From: Cycas panzhihuaensis
Taxonomy: Eukaryota; Plantae; Cycadophyta
Reading direction: 5' to 3'
Assembly: GCA_023213395.1 (NCBI GenBank)
Contig: CM041465.1
Coordinates: 102,679,741-102,743,740 of the forward strand
DNA: 64,000 nucleotides
The position numbers and the translations under genes were made by a program. The notes beneath the pieces are model-generated. The model did not search any database. It worked only from the letters and a program-made list of their open reading frames with translations, and had not been told where the DNA came from. This document shows, in pieces, positions 52,501 through 64,000 of this stretch. The number at the start of each line of letters is the position of its first letter. Position 1 is the stretch's first letter.

Positions 52501-55500
52501 TACTATTTTATGCCTTATATCTAAAATGAGGCAATGTCCATCCTCATCAAAAATACTTCTCAGCTTCTTTTTCTTTAGCTAGGCCACTAAAAGCAGGTTC
52601 ATCTTCATTCTGGGGACATATAGGACATTTTCTATCTTCATGATTTGACCATTAATTTTTACAGTAATTATACCAATTCCTTCAATGTGAAGAGGAAGTT
52701 TGTTTCCTAATTCAACAGATTTATTCAACGAATAAGGTTTCAAGGATTCAAACCACTCTTTTCATCCTGTCATATGATTTGTTGCACCTGAGTCAGTACA
52801 CCAGTCATCCTCGTTTTTTAGACTTGAAGTTAGGACCACAATGATAGCTATCTTTTCTTCTTCCGTTTCATGTTATCCTTTTTCTTTTATGAATTTTTGT
52901 TTGTTTTCGACGAAACTGATATGGATAGTGACCTAATAGACCACAATGATAACAGACATCAAAAACGTGACATTCATTTGCAAAATGTCTAGGTTTCCCG
53001 TAATTAAAACAGACTCTAAAATTTCTAGGTGGTGTTGATCTTCCTCTACCTCTTCCTTGTTGCCATCTACCTCTAGATCCTAAAGATCTTCCTTGTCCTC
53101 TTTAGGAAATTTGTCCTCAACCTCTATTAAATCTAGAGACATAAGCTTCTTCCTCTACTTCTTTTTCATACCTCTTATTTCTTTGTTCTTGAAGAAGCAT
53201 TTGACCTGTCAGGTCTGCAAAATACATGGTTGTTGTTCTACCATTTTCTGTGAGCATGCTTACCATGGTCTCAAAAGATTTGGGTAATTTGTTCACCACA
53301 TACCTAACCAATTCTCTATCCGTAATAGTTTCTCCAGTTGAGGTGAGATCATTCTTGATAGCATTTTATTTTTCTATATACTCAAAAATAGGTTGATTTT
53401 CCCTTAGACGAAGATTCTGAAGTTGATCTATAAGGGTAGTTATTCTAGCTTTATTCTGCTGGCAAAATAATGATGTAAGAGTAGTCCAAATTATGGGAGC
53501 AAAATCTAAACCAACTATGTGTGGCGGAAGAGGATCTGAAATGGTGAGTTTGAGAAGCTCTATAGCCTCATTATCTCTATTTTCCCAATCTGCTATTTGG
53601 GCAAGATCAATTGGCTTTGCTTCATTCCTAGTAATGAGTTTCCAAATTTTCTTTGGCCTAGTAATCCCTTCAGTTTTGGCTTTCCAAGTACTTAAATTAT
53701 TCTCAGTCAATCTATCTAATTCAAAGAACCTTGAAGCGGCCATACTTTGGGTACAGAATACTAACTAACGTTGCTCTGTTTCACAGACTATTGAGGAAAA
53801 GACACCAACTCAATGAACATCAATATATATAACCAGTAGAATTCGACTTATGACCAACAGAATTCAACAGTAACAGTGTAAAAACAACAGTATGGTTTAG
53901 TAGAATCCAGCTTCTAACCAACAGATTTCAACAGATATATGACATAAAACAAAAGTAGTATAAACCTTAGAAATAGCATATCATAACAGCAAATAAATTT
54001 GATTTTCTGACAATAGATAGCAATGATTTCAAAGACGTAACAACGAGATTTCGAGAAAATAGATTTCAAATTTATTCTAGCAGATTTCAATAGATTGAAA
54101 ATAGATTTCAAGTTTATTTCAACAGATTGAAAAATCGATTTCAGCGGATTTACTAGTGGACAATAGCCTTTTAGACAACAGATTATTTAAATAACAAAAA
54201 AAACATACCCAGAAACCTTGGCTTAATTACAAACTTGAATTCGACTTGAAATTTGGACTCGGGATGATCCTCTCAAGGCAACCACATGAAATGTCAAACT
54301 CAGCTGATTTTAGGACAAATCTGGTCTCTTCTACTCTTCTTGCAAACTCGGCTACCAATACGGACAATAGGACAAAATTGGGATCACCAAAAAAACATGC
54401 TCTGATACCATGTTAAAAGTTACACCTTATGCATATCTGCAAACACATACAGACAACGAAAATATAGCAAAAATAGAGAGTTGAAAGAGTGGAGAAAAAT
54501 CTTCTTGAATTGATCACCAAAAATGAAGTACAAAATGTCTTTATATAGTACAGTCAAGACCCTCACATTGTGGCCAACTTTATGAGGAGAAAATATCTTT
54601 ATACTGAAACCGACTTCAATAATACAATAAACATCATAACATAATTTATTCTAGACGACTTGCATACGTTCTGGCCGACTTCCAAATAAACTGGAATGGT
54701 CATACTGAACTTTGAATTAAATGTAGGCTGACCTACATATAAATACATTATTTCTAACAAGGTGCACCCAACAGGGATTTTCTCCCTTTAAATTAGCATT
54801 TAAACAAAGTGTAGGGCACATTCCTCTTCAACAGAGAGCCAACACTAAATTTCTTCTTCTACAAGTCCTACAACAAATAACAAAAATGCATGCACCAAAA
54901 GAATTTTTTTCTTTTTCTTTTCTCTCCTGCAAATTAGAATAACTCAATAGATTTTTTTTAGCATTAAACAAAAAAAAATTTAAAGAGCTATTCTGCAAAA
55001 AAATTAGGAGTTGAGAATGACGCAGTCTTCTTTGGATCGCCTTCATATGGCGAAGGTCGTCACCAAAGAAGTGCAGTAAAAAAATCTAACCTTCAAATCT
55101 AAAATGAAAACCCCAACCTAATGCTCTGATAACAAAATGATAAAGTGGATCAAGAGGGGACAATAAAGGACAAGCTAAATATCATTCACACTCACAATAA
55201 ACTTGGAGCACAAACACATAAGCACATTAAAATATAGAGGAGAAGGAATTGACCCAATCTCCAAAAGAATTTAAGATTAAAACTAAATAGCATAACATTA
55301 CACCCATCTCTCAATCTATATTAATACAAAAGACAATGGTCTCCATTTCTAGGTGAGAGATCTCCCCTCTAGGTCACTACATGATCGCCAAGTGTCGATC
55401 ATGCATGCACTTATGCAAACATGTCAAAAGAGGGGGAAGGGGATCACGGACCCTTAAGTTACAACATGTCACAATACTAGGAAAAGTGTGTGTGCACATT

Positions 55501-55565
55501 TATACATTAAGTATAAAGTTTGTATTCAATGCGTAACAATAAAACATAAAGGTTCTAACAAAGAT

Positions 55566-57276
55566 TATCTTCTCCTTCAAAAAGTTTCTCCTTTGTGTAG
55601 TCAAACTCTCAACTTCCAACATGTTTTTAATTGGAGTATGGAGAATATCAAGACAAAATATTTGTGTCTCATGAGATTTATAGGGCCTTCACCCTATAAT
55701 GATGAACAAAATTTTCTTTCTTTGATTTTATGAAGGCATGGGCAATAAAACCGCTCAAAAACAATGATGGGTTAATATGGAAGAGTGAAGACACAATGAA
55801 TAACTAATAGTAATGAGCAAGGAGAATCAATCAAGAAATCTAAAATATACATTCCTAGGCAAGAAGATACGAAAGGGAATGCACGTCAAATAGAGTCTTG
55901 TAATTATAGAAGAACATGTAAGAAACAATAATATAATTGAAGTAAAGGGTTCTCACAAGAACACACAAGAGGGTGAAAGTTGAACGATAACAAAATGTGT
56001 GCATCATCTACTATTACATAAAAAGAAAAAAAAAAAAAAGCTTACGACAAGAAGTGACATAAACAACATCGTAGAAATACGTCTAAGCCTAAAAAACCCC
56101 AATCTTGTGCACATAAAGATAATAATTGAAAATTTTGGAAAAAAGATCATTCCTCACTCTAGTGCAACTCTAACAAATCAAAAGAAAAAAAAAACAAAGG
56201 GTTTAAATATACTCATTGTAAGTCAAGAAATGGATAGATAGGGTAATAAAAACAAAGTCCACAATAGTAGCAGTAAGAGACCTTATATCACCTTGAATCT
56301 CTCTAGCACCACAAGTTTACCTCAAGGAACACAACTATTAATGTATTAGGCCCACCACAAGCAAATCCATTTGGTAATAATAAACTTGAGAGGAGAAAAT
56401 AGGAAACTAAGAAGATAGATATCAAAGATGTCAAAGACAAGAATTTTGTGGAAATTATTAAAAAGGAACCCAACAAAAAAGTAAAGTTAAACCCTCAAGT
56501 TTATGACAAAACACAATTTTTAAAAAGAATCAATAGAGGATAGTATCACAATTGTGAACATATATGAAAGGAAAATCAACCTAGGATTGTGAAAACTTGA
56601 TGTTGACGGAAATTCTCTATTTCATAATAAAAGTTTAGTCTTCATCAGTCCTCTTCAATTGTTCAATGCCACGTTTGGGTGGAAAACTCTTTGGGTGTCA
56701 TCAAGAATACACCAGGAAATGAACAAGCTTAGTCAACCAAAACTAAAAATAAGAATAAAATGGTCAACATCCTAGATCCTTCAAGAAATAATGCAAAACA
56801 TTTGAGGATTAAGTTTGAATGGAAAATTAGTCGGCACAATGTCAGAACACTCATCAATTGTAAGCAAATATCACAATCTAATGGCACAAAGAAGATTCCA
56901 ATTGGTTTTCAATTCTTCAAAGTCAAAAGGTTTCATTTCCAATATCATAGACAATGGTTAAATAATCCATGGTTCAATAAATTATCGATTCTTAATCATT
57001 GCAAAACATCTCTTGCATTGTATCACATATGCTTCATACACCCATTCATAAATAGTGATAAAGTTATGGGAGAATCATCAATAGTTAAAACAATTTAAAC
57101 TAGATGAGTCATACAACATCCTATCCGAAGGTAATTCATTATTCTCTCTAGCAAGAATTCAATTGGATGTTTATAGTATCAATAGAGAGAAGGTATGGCA
57201 TCTTTCCAAGTCATCAATTTCTTGACCTTATGACAACAAAATAACATATGAATCTTACTAAATTGTATGACATCTT
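55566..57276 (-). mobile_element. Old decayed gypsy remnant into which A inserted
   Basis: Minus-strand PKSFPPKRGIEQ (~56660-56695) resembles the gypsy pre-RT LPPxR motif. The rest is heavily decayed. Confidence 0.5.
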
Positions 57277-60200
57277 TGTTGGAAGTAATGTCCACTCACA
57301 CTAAATGTTCACTTCAGTTTATTTTATGTCATTAGAATAATTCCTCACATGGAATATTCCTGCTCAAGTGCTTAAGTCATTAATGAAGGATTAAAAGAAA
57401 TCAAACAAGTGATTAAGTGCCCACCATAAATTATGGTAGGCGCCCACCTTAAAATATGGTAGGCACCTTAAAATAAAATAGGCCATTAGTGAACATGTAA
57501 GATATGTAGCTTTATATATGTCTGATGTATTTCACTATTTTATCAATGAGATTTTTGAGAGTTGAAATTCACTAGGATTTTCTCATTTCTTGTTGTGTAT
57601 ACATGTGGTTAATGTTGTGAGTGTTAAACCTTATGTTTACATGTTAAGTATGTATTTTATTCACTTTATTATTTCATTCATTATTTGTACTTTATGGAGT
57701 GACTTCTCACTTAAGTGATAAAGTGCACCCCCACATTCTTCCTTGTGACATAACATTGTCACTAAAGGGTCAAATGGACTCTCATGCATCTTTGCTCACT
57801 TGATGTCCTTCATGCATGACATGCAAGACATGCATTGCATGTAGCTTGGTTGTTTGCCACTTGTCAAACATCCAATGTTGTTAAGTATCCTCAGTTTCTC
57901 TATATATTGAAACCTCTCCTCATGTCTCATATGTAGAGTTGGAGTTTTAATGTTATGCTATCAGTTTGCTAATCAACTGGTATTCCTTTGGAGTTGGACT
58001 AATTCCATTTCCTCCCACTTTGGTATCATCTTACTCCTTGGATTTTGATCTTGCTTATCTTTTACTTCATTTCCCTTCTTAGTTATGCTCCTATGCTTTC
58101 TAGAACTAGAGTGAACTATCTTCATGATCTTGGATATTATTGGCCTTAGGCATTCTCAACATTTGGTATCAGAGCTAGAGGAGATTAGTTCCCTCTATTC
58201 TGATTTCTTCTTCAAGGGAGACTAAGAGTGGATTTTACAAACCTTTGGTGACTACCTTCGCTCTCCGAAGGCGATCCAAGGTTTGTTTAAACTTACCATT
58301 GCAGATCAAGACTTTTCTATAGTAGTTTTTAAAGGCTAGAGCTCATTATACTCAGATTTGAAATCTTTTTCAGACCTTCTTCAAGGGTTTTGAACTAGTT
58401 TACTCACGTTTTCTTGTGTTTTTTCACTAAAAATTGGATTTTTCAACTGGTTCTTCTTGCAGATCACGGTGTTGGAGTATTATGATGAGTTTTAAAACTC
58501 ATTGACTAAGATTATTTTAAGTTACTGACTTCCTACAAGCTGTGGATTAATTCTGGGCATTTTCCAGCCCTCAAACCCCACATGAAGAGTTCAAAATCAC
58601 TCGTGCACACTTGCTGGAGTGTACTGCTCATTTGAAAATGATTTATTGCCTCTCTGTGGGACCCATAGGACTTTCTCATAGTTGTACAGAAGTCTTAATA
58701 GTGTTGCACCATCATTTTCTTGTTCTCTAATAGTGCACCCAGCCACTACCTTCAATTCGTTGATTCTGTGTCTACAAGCTATAAAGAGAGCTCAAATTTG
58801 AAATACACCTATGTCCCTGTTGTGTGACCCTGCCCATCAAGTCTCATCATGATCTGTCAAGTATAGAAACTAATCAGACCACTTGCGTGTTCACAAAGTC
58901 ACCCGCGCTGCTACCGTTCCGTCGAAATCCTTTTTTTTTTTCGAAATATTTCAATATAAACTTTAACACTCACAACTTTGGATTATATTTTTTAGAATAT
59001 TCTTTTGAATATTTTTATTCTTATAAACTTTATATATTGTAAAGTTTTATCTTAAATTGCTTTAAATCACTGGAAATCACCTTTTTAAAGTCAAAGTGAT
59101 TTTTCCATTGTTTTTTAGTCTTTTGACACTATCAATCTCACTCTTATGTTAAAAAGACTAAGTCAAGTGTTTTTGTGATTGTTCACATTAAAAAATGTGA
59201 AAATTTTTCCTTTTTTAAGGTTTTTTTATTAAAGACACCTTGCATGGTGACCATTAGCTTATGCTTTTTTAAGGAAAAATTCATCTTTTTTTCACTTTTG
59301 AAGTCAAAAATCTTCATTGATACATACTGAATTTATTAAATGGCTGATACTAAGTCATTTTCTTATCATTAAAGATTAAAAACACTTGTTTTAAAGTACT
59401 TTCTAAGGCTCCCTGCGAGGTGTCCTTGTTACTCAAGTTACAAAAAAAAAAAAAAGAATTTCAGCCTTTGTTTTGACATTCCAAGCTTTCTTTAACACTT
59501 ATTTGATGTTGTACAAGTGTTAAAAAGCCTTGTTAAAGTGATTTTTAAACTGTTAATATTTTGTCAAAGTGATATTTATCACTATCTCAACACTTTCTCT
59601 AAAGCACCTTGCATGGTGACCTATTACCCTTAGTCACAACAAGGCGCTCAAGAACACTTTCTCTTAATAAAATCACTTTATTTTTTTTATCATTGGGACT
59701 ATTTTAAAGTCCCAACACTTGGTGCTTGGTGTCTTTATTTCGCAAGTGACCTTCTTCTCTTTAAATTTGAGCATTAAAAGGAACCCACTTGTACTTTCAT
59801 CACAAGGCTTTGCATTCCTTCATTGAGTACTTATCATTTTTTCAGGTGCTTATTTTCTTCTCAAAACTCATTGTACTCAAGCTTATTTTACTTGGATTTG
59901 TTTAACACTCTTTCACTTCATAAAATGCTCTTGTAACAACACTTCTAAGTGTTCATTTGATGTAGTAAATTGCTTTCTTTAAAGCCTTTTCATTGTAAGC
60001 TTAATCAAGCATCTTTCATAAGTACATCATCCAAGTAAAATAAATCCTAAGTCCACTTTAATCTTCTAAAAGTGAATTTAAAATCTTGTTGGAGAGGCTT
60101 GAAAAAGGTTCAAACCTTGCCTCTAAAATAACCTTAAGTTAAGTGCATTCCCTAGGAGACCAACGAACCATACGGTCAGTGTAAGACAATTAAGGTTGCT

Positions 60201-63200
60201 TGAGGGAAAGGAGGTTCAAAAATGGTGTTATTAGGGTTGTGCATCCCAAGGAAAGCATGGTACGTCCATGCAGATCAACCCTACCTACCTTGTCTTAGAT
60301 TTGGCTTGGTCAACTGTTGGATCTCTTTTATAGATCAAGGTTGGACCAACTCTTTTGCCTAGTTCTCCACCTCTCATCACTCCATTCAGTTGTTGGATCT
60401 TCTAGTAAGATCAAGACTATTGGTTTTGTTAGAAGGTGGAACTTAAGTAACGAAAGCATTGAGTATCCAAGGCATCTACTAGCTTCAAGTTCATTACAAC
60501 TTCAACATGGCTGCTTTAAACATGCTTAATGCATGCACAATTAAGTTAACACGTCAAGAGAACTATCAAAATTGGAAGAGGCAAATACAAAACCTCTTAA
60601 AGATGAATGAACTTTGGGGCTATGTTTCTGGCAAAATTCCTTTACCTAAACCTATGGAGATTGATGGTGTTGTTGTTAATCCTGATGCTGATTATATTGC
60701 TACTTGGGAGGCCAAGGATGAAATAGCCTTGGCATTTTTACATATGGTTATTGATGTGAATGTTGATCAAAACATTTCAAATGCTGAAACATCTAAGGAA
60801 GTTTGGGACATTTTGTCCTCTTTGTATGAAAGGCGAAACTAAGGTCGCATTTTGTTGGTGAAAACAAAACTTTATTCTATAAAATATGTAAAGCCTATGT
60901 CAACATTTCTTGCTTCTATCAAAGAAATTTGTAATGAATTGAATACTTTAGGCAAACCTACTTCTAGGGATGAGCCTGTAACAACCACTATCCGAGCTTT
61001 GCCTAAAGATTTCAATGGTTTCATCTCATCTGTCACACAAGATGGCTCTCTTTCAAGCATGTCCTTCAATCAACTTGAGAGTTTATTACTTCAAGAGGAG
61101 AAAATTTATGACAAAGAAAATGATGATCATGCATCTACTTTAGGAGCTTTCACAGCCAAGTTGAAGCCCAAACAAAATCCCAAACCTTCACTTACAAAAC
61201 AGTTTGGGAATATGAACATTGGCACCTCAAAAGCCAATGTCATTTGTCATTATCATGGCAAGGTTGGCCACATAGCTCCTGATTGCCGAAAGAAGAAAGC
61301 CGACCTTCAGCGTACACATCAGCAGCAGCCACATCAGTAGCATCAGAGGCAACAACCTCATCAGTAGTTCCAGTAGCAGCAGCGGTTTCAGTAACAGTAA
61401 CAACACTATCCCCCTTGATCAAATTGAGGCACATATTGAGGAGGTCAAAGAGGAAGGGGGGATTTCAGAGGCAGCAATCAACACCACACAAATCAGTTTG
61501 CAAAAGAGGATAAGCCACTTTGTGCTTATCACACATCTGATGTTGATCAAACTTGGATCATCGACTCGGGGCATCATGTCACATGACTAGGAGTGAAGAA
61601 CTCCTTTATGACATCAAAGAAGGAAATGGTAAATCAGTAACATTTGGCAACAATGAATCAATGCAGATTTCTGGTATAGGCAAAGTTTCTTCATTTCATT
61701 CTTCTTCAAATCCTTCTTCAACATTTCCCAATGGTGATGCCTACTACATTCCTTCCATGGAGAAGAGTTTACTATCTGTTAGCCAATTGGACAAGCAACA
61801 GATGAGCATTTGTTTAAAAATGGGAAATGTGTCATCAGTGACAAGCATGAACAGGTTGTAGCCATTGGTCATGAAGACCATGGCCTTTACAAGTTGGATG
61901 TTAATAATATAACTCTTGATTCTGCTTAGCCTGTCACGCAATCATCGACAAAGATGCAACTTTGGCATCATCGTCTAGGCCACTTGAGTTTAGACAATAT
62001 CAAGTTGATGATAAACAAGAACATGGTGCATGGGTTTCCAAAGCTATATGGTTCAAAATGCCTTTGTGAAACATGTATAACGAGGACACAACATAGATTG
62101 CCTTTTCCTAAAGGCAAAGTATGGCATGCATCATGTCCTTTGCAGCTCATACATTCTGATTTATGTGGACCTATATCCACAACATCTTTTGGAGGAGTAT
62201 TGTACTACATCTCTTTCATAGATGATTTCTCTCATCAAGTTTGGGTTTACTTCCTCAAGCAAAAGTCTAAAGCATTCCAAAAATTCAAGGAATTCAAGCT
62301 TGAAGTAGAGAATGAATATATACAATCAAAATTCTAAGGTCAGATAATGGAGGTGAATTCACTTCAAAAGAATTCACTCAATTCTGCAAGGATAACAGTA
62401 TTTGAAGACAGCTCTCTATTCCACATACTCTTCAACAAAATGGAGTCTCTGAATGAATGAACAGAACTTTGGCAAACAAAGCTAAAGCTATGATCCATGC
62501 AAAAGGACTCACACGAGGATATTAGGCAAAAGCATTTCACACAGTTGCTTATGTGGCAAATTGGAGTCCTACTTCAACAGTCACCGACATCACACCAAAA
62601 GAAGCATGGTCTAGCAAAAAGCCTACCATCAGTCACTTAAGGACATTTGGGTGCACTGCATACATGCACATCCCCGATCAACAAAGATCTAAGTTAGACA
62701 AACATAGTCTAAAATGCATTTTTGTAGGCTATGCAACTCATAGCAAAACTTACAAGTTGTATGATCCTATTGGGAAGAAAATGCATCTCTCAAGAAATGT
62801 AATCTTTCCTGAAAAAGAACATAAGGAGTTGGAATCTGCATCCATCCAACCTCCCCTTGATAAAGGCAAAAAGATTGTTGAGGGTTTCCTTCCCTCTCAA
62901 TCTTCCACATCATGTACATCATCTGCACTAGCTGGACCATCCACATCATCAAATACTACTCCACTTGATCCTAGCACATCTTCTTTTGATCCATCACTCA
63001 GACCAGAAGACATTGAGGTTCAAGTCACATCAGTTAAAAAATTGCCCAAATGGTTTACACAAATTGTTCAAGATGACTAGATTGTTGAAGGAAAATGCCC
63101 ATCAAAATATAGACAGCAAACCAATTATGTACTTATGGTTGACGTGCTTTGTATTGATAAACCCTCCACCTTTGAGGAAGCATCTAAAAATAACAATTGG

Positions 63201-63532
63201 AAAGCTGCTATGGATGAAAAAATCCATTCTATTGAAAATAATGGAACATGGGATTTGGTAGAATTGCCTAAGCACAAACAAGCAATCAGTTGCAAATAGG
63301 TTTATAAGACAAAATTCCATTATGATGGTACACTTAAGCGCCAAAAGGCCCAACTTGTTGCAAAGGGCTTCAAACAAAAGGAAGGCATTGACCATGAGGA
63401 GACTTTTGCACCTATTACCAATATGAACACCATCAGACTCATCTTGGCCTTGGCTGCTCAATGCAAATGGCCAGCTTATCAGATAGATGTGAAGAGCGCC
63501 TTTCTCAATGGCGATCTTCAGGAGGAGGTATA

Positions 63533-63933
63533 TGGACCGTTCCTTCTCAGAAATCTGGGCTCGTAGAAGTGATTATTAGCAAAAATGAAGCCAAATAACA
63601 CGAATGCGCAAGCAGATCATAGAAAATAAATCACCAAAATGAGTACCGAAGTACTTTCTCCTTTCAAGATATCATACTCAATACATTACGAGTGGTTTAA
63701 CCCTTTAAATACACAAGTAAGGGTCTTCATCCTTAATGATTCTATTGGTGGCCCTAGCGGCCTTACATCTTATTGGACGACTTAGCGGTCCATACACATA
63801 ACTCTATTGGTGGCCCTAGCGGCCTTACATCTTATTGGACGACTTAACGGTCCATACACATAACTTACTAAACCCCTTAATCCTTACTTGTTGGTGGTTC
63901 TCTCTTGCTAAGGAAAGGAGGGGTTATGTTACT
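63533..63933 (-). mobile_element. 401-bp solo-LTR-like insertion in the RT of J
   Basis: Splits the EEVY/LEQP codons. TSD GTATA (63528-63532 and 63934-63938). Minus-strand TATTTAAAGGG at ~63701-63711 lies downstream of repeated CCAAT motifs. Confidence 0.8.
63741..63864. repeat. 62-bp tandem duplication within the solo LTR
   Basis: Two copies with one mismatch. Each copy is built from two ~30-bp ATTGG-containing subrepeats. Confidence 0.92.
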
Positions 63934-64000
63934 GTATATTTAGAACAACCTCCCCGTTACAAAGTACAAGGCAAGGAGCACTTGGTTTGTCGCCTAAAAA

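Larger units (their letters stand above)
47419..54759 (-). mobile_element. Element E: Ty1/copia with an internal deletion, containing F
   Basis: LTRs at 47419-47747 and 54411-54759. TSD AAGTG/AGGTG. PBS at 54399-54410 and PPT at 47748-47758. gag ORF 53366-53743, RT C-half 48424-48705, RNase H 47767-48156. Integrase and the N-half of RT are absent. Confidence 0.9.
31848..55560 (-). mobile_element. Element A: Ty1/copia with a long 5' UTR, host of B, C, D, E and F
   Basis: LTRs at 31881-32265 and 55138-55560. PBS relic at 55123-55134, PPT at 32266-32280, gag ATG at 43468. RT and RNase H ORFs at 32530-33599. Candidate TSD AAGAT at 31843-31847 and 55561-55565. Confidence 0.85.
57277..64000 (+). 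mobile_element. Element J: Ty1/copia related to A, truncated by the window end
   Basis: The LTR ends CTCAACA at 58161. Its start is TGTTGG at 57277, with 57613-57622 as an alternative. Perfect Met-PBS at 58164-58175. The ~2.3-kb 5' UTR is homologous to that of A. Confidence 0.85.
60507..64000 (+). pseudogene. gag-pol of copia J with stops and frameshifts
   Basis: gag (ENYQNWK), zinc knuckle (CHYHGKVGHIAPDC), protease (WIIDSGASCHMT), WHHRLGH, HSDLCGP, FIDDFS and RT (DVKSAFLNGDLQEEVY...GKEHLVCRLK). Confidence 0.92.

Noticed and set aside
56600-56660. Hammerhead ribozyme core (CTGATGA...GAAA), as in retrozymes
   Set aside because: The CTGATGA hits noticed here and at ~32417 and ~41017 lack flanking helices and lie in coding remnants.
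61283-61513. Ser/Ala/Val-rich ORF
   Set aside because: An alternative frame of the CAG-rich Gln/Gly/Arg linker of the J gag.

Overview
AT-rich, CpG-depleted eukaryotic DNA, almost certainly from a large plant genome, made up almost entirely of nested LTR retrotransposons. No CRISPR array, rRNA or complete tRNA gene was seen. 1-17.8 kb holds old, heavily decayed copia and gypsy fragments, a ~590-bp fold-back element, a 51-bp tandem array and a TRIM-like element. The only credible host-gene sequence is one minus-strand exon (18863-19183) encoding a twin-arginine signal-like peptide; its upstream exon was not located. From 20.7 kb onward there is a multi-layer nest. Non-autonomous element G (20682-31559) contains copia H. 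Copia A (31848-55560) contains two tRNA-Glu-primed gypsy-type non-autonomous elements (B, C), a 2.5-kb non-coding element (D) and copia E, which contains gag-only element F. Copia J, a relative of A, runs off the window end and carries a solo LTR. Four observations stand out: (i) the LTRs of the tRNA-Glu-primed elements carry extra boxes matching the tRNA-Glu anticodon arm, suggesting a multipartite primer-binding system; (ii) B keeps gag, protease and the integrase C-terminus but has no RT, RNase H or integrase core, and C encodes an unrecognised protein; (iii) A appears to have integrated through a cryptic end 33 bp beyond its LTR, so its 3' end includes the PBS; (iv) seven unrelated LTR families place the polypurine tract in the loop of a sequence-divergent hairpin. 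All coordinates and alignments were read by eye, and tRNA comparisons rely on recalled plant tRNA sequences.
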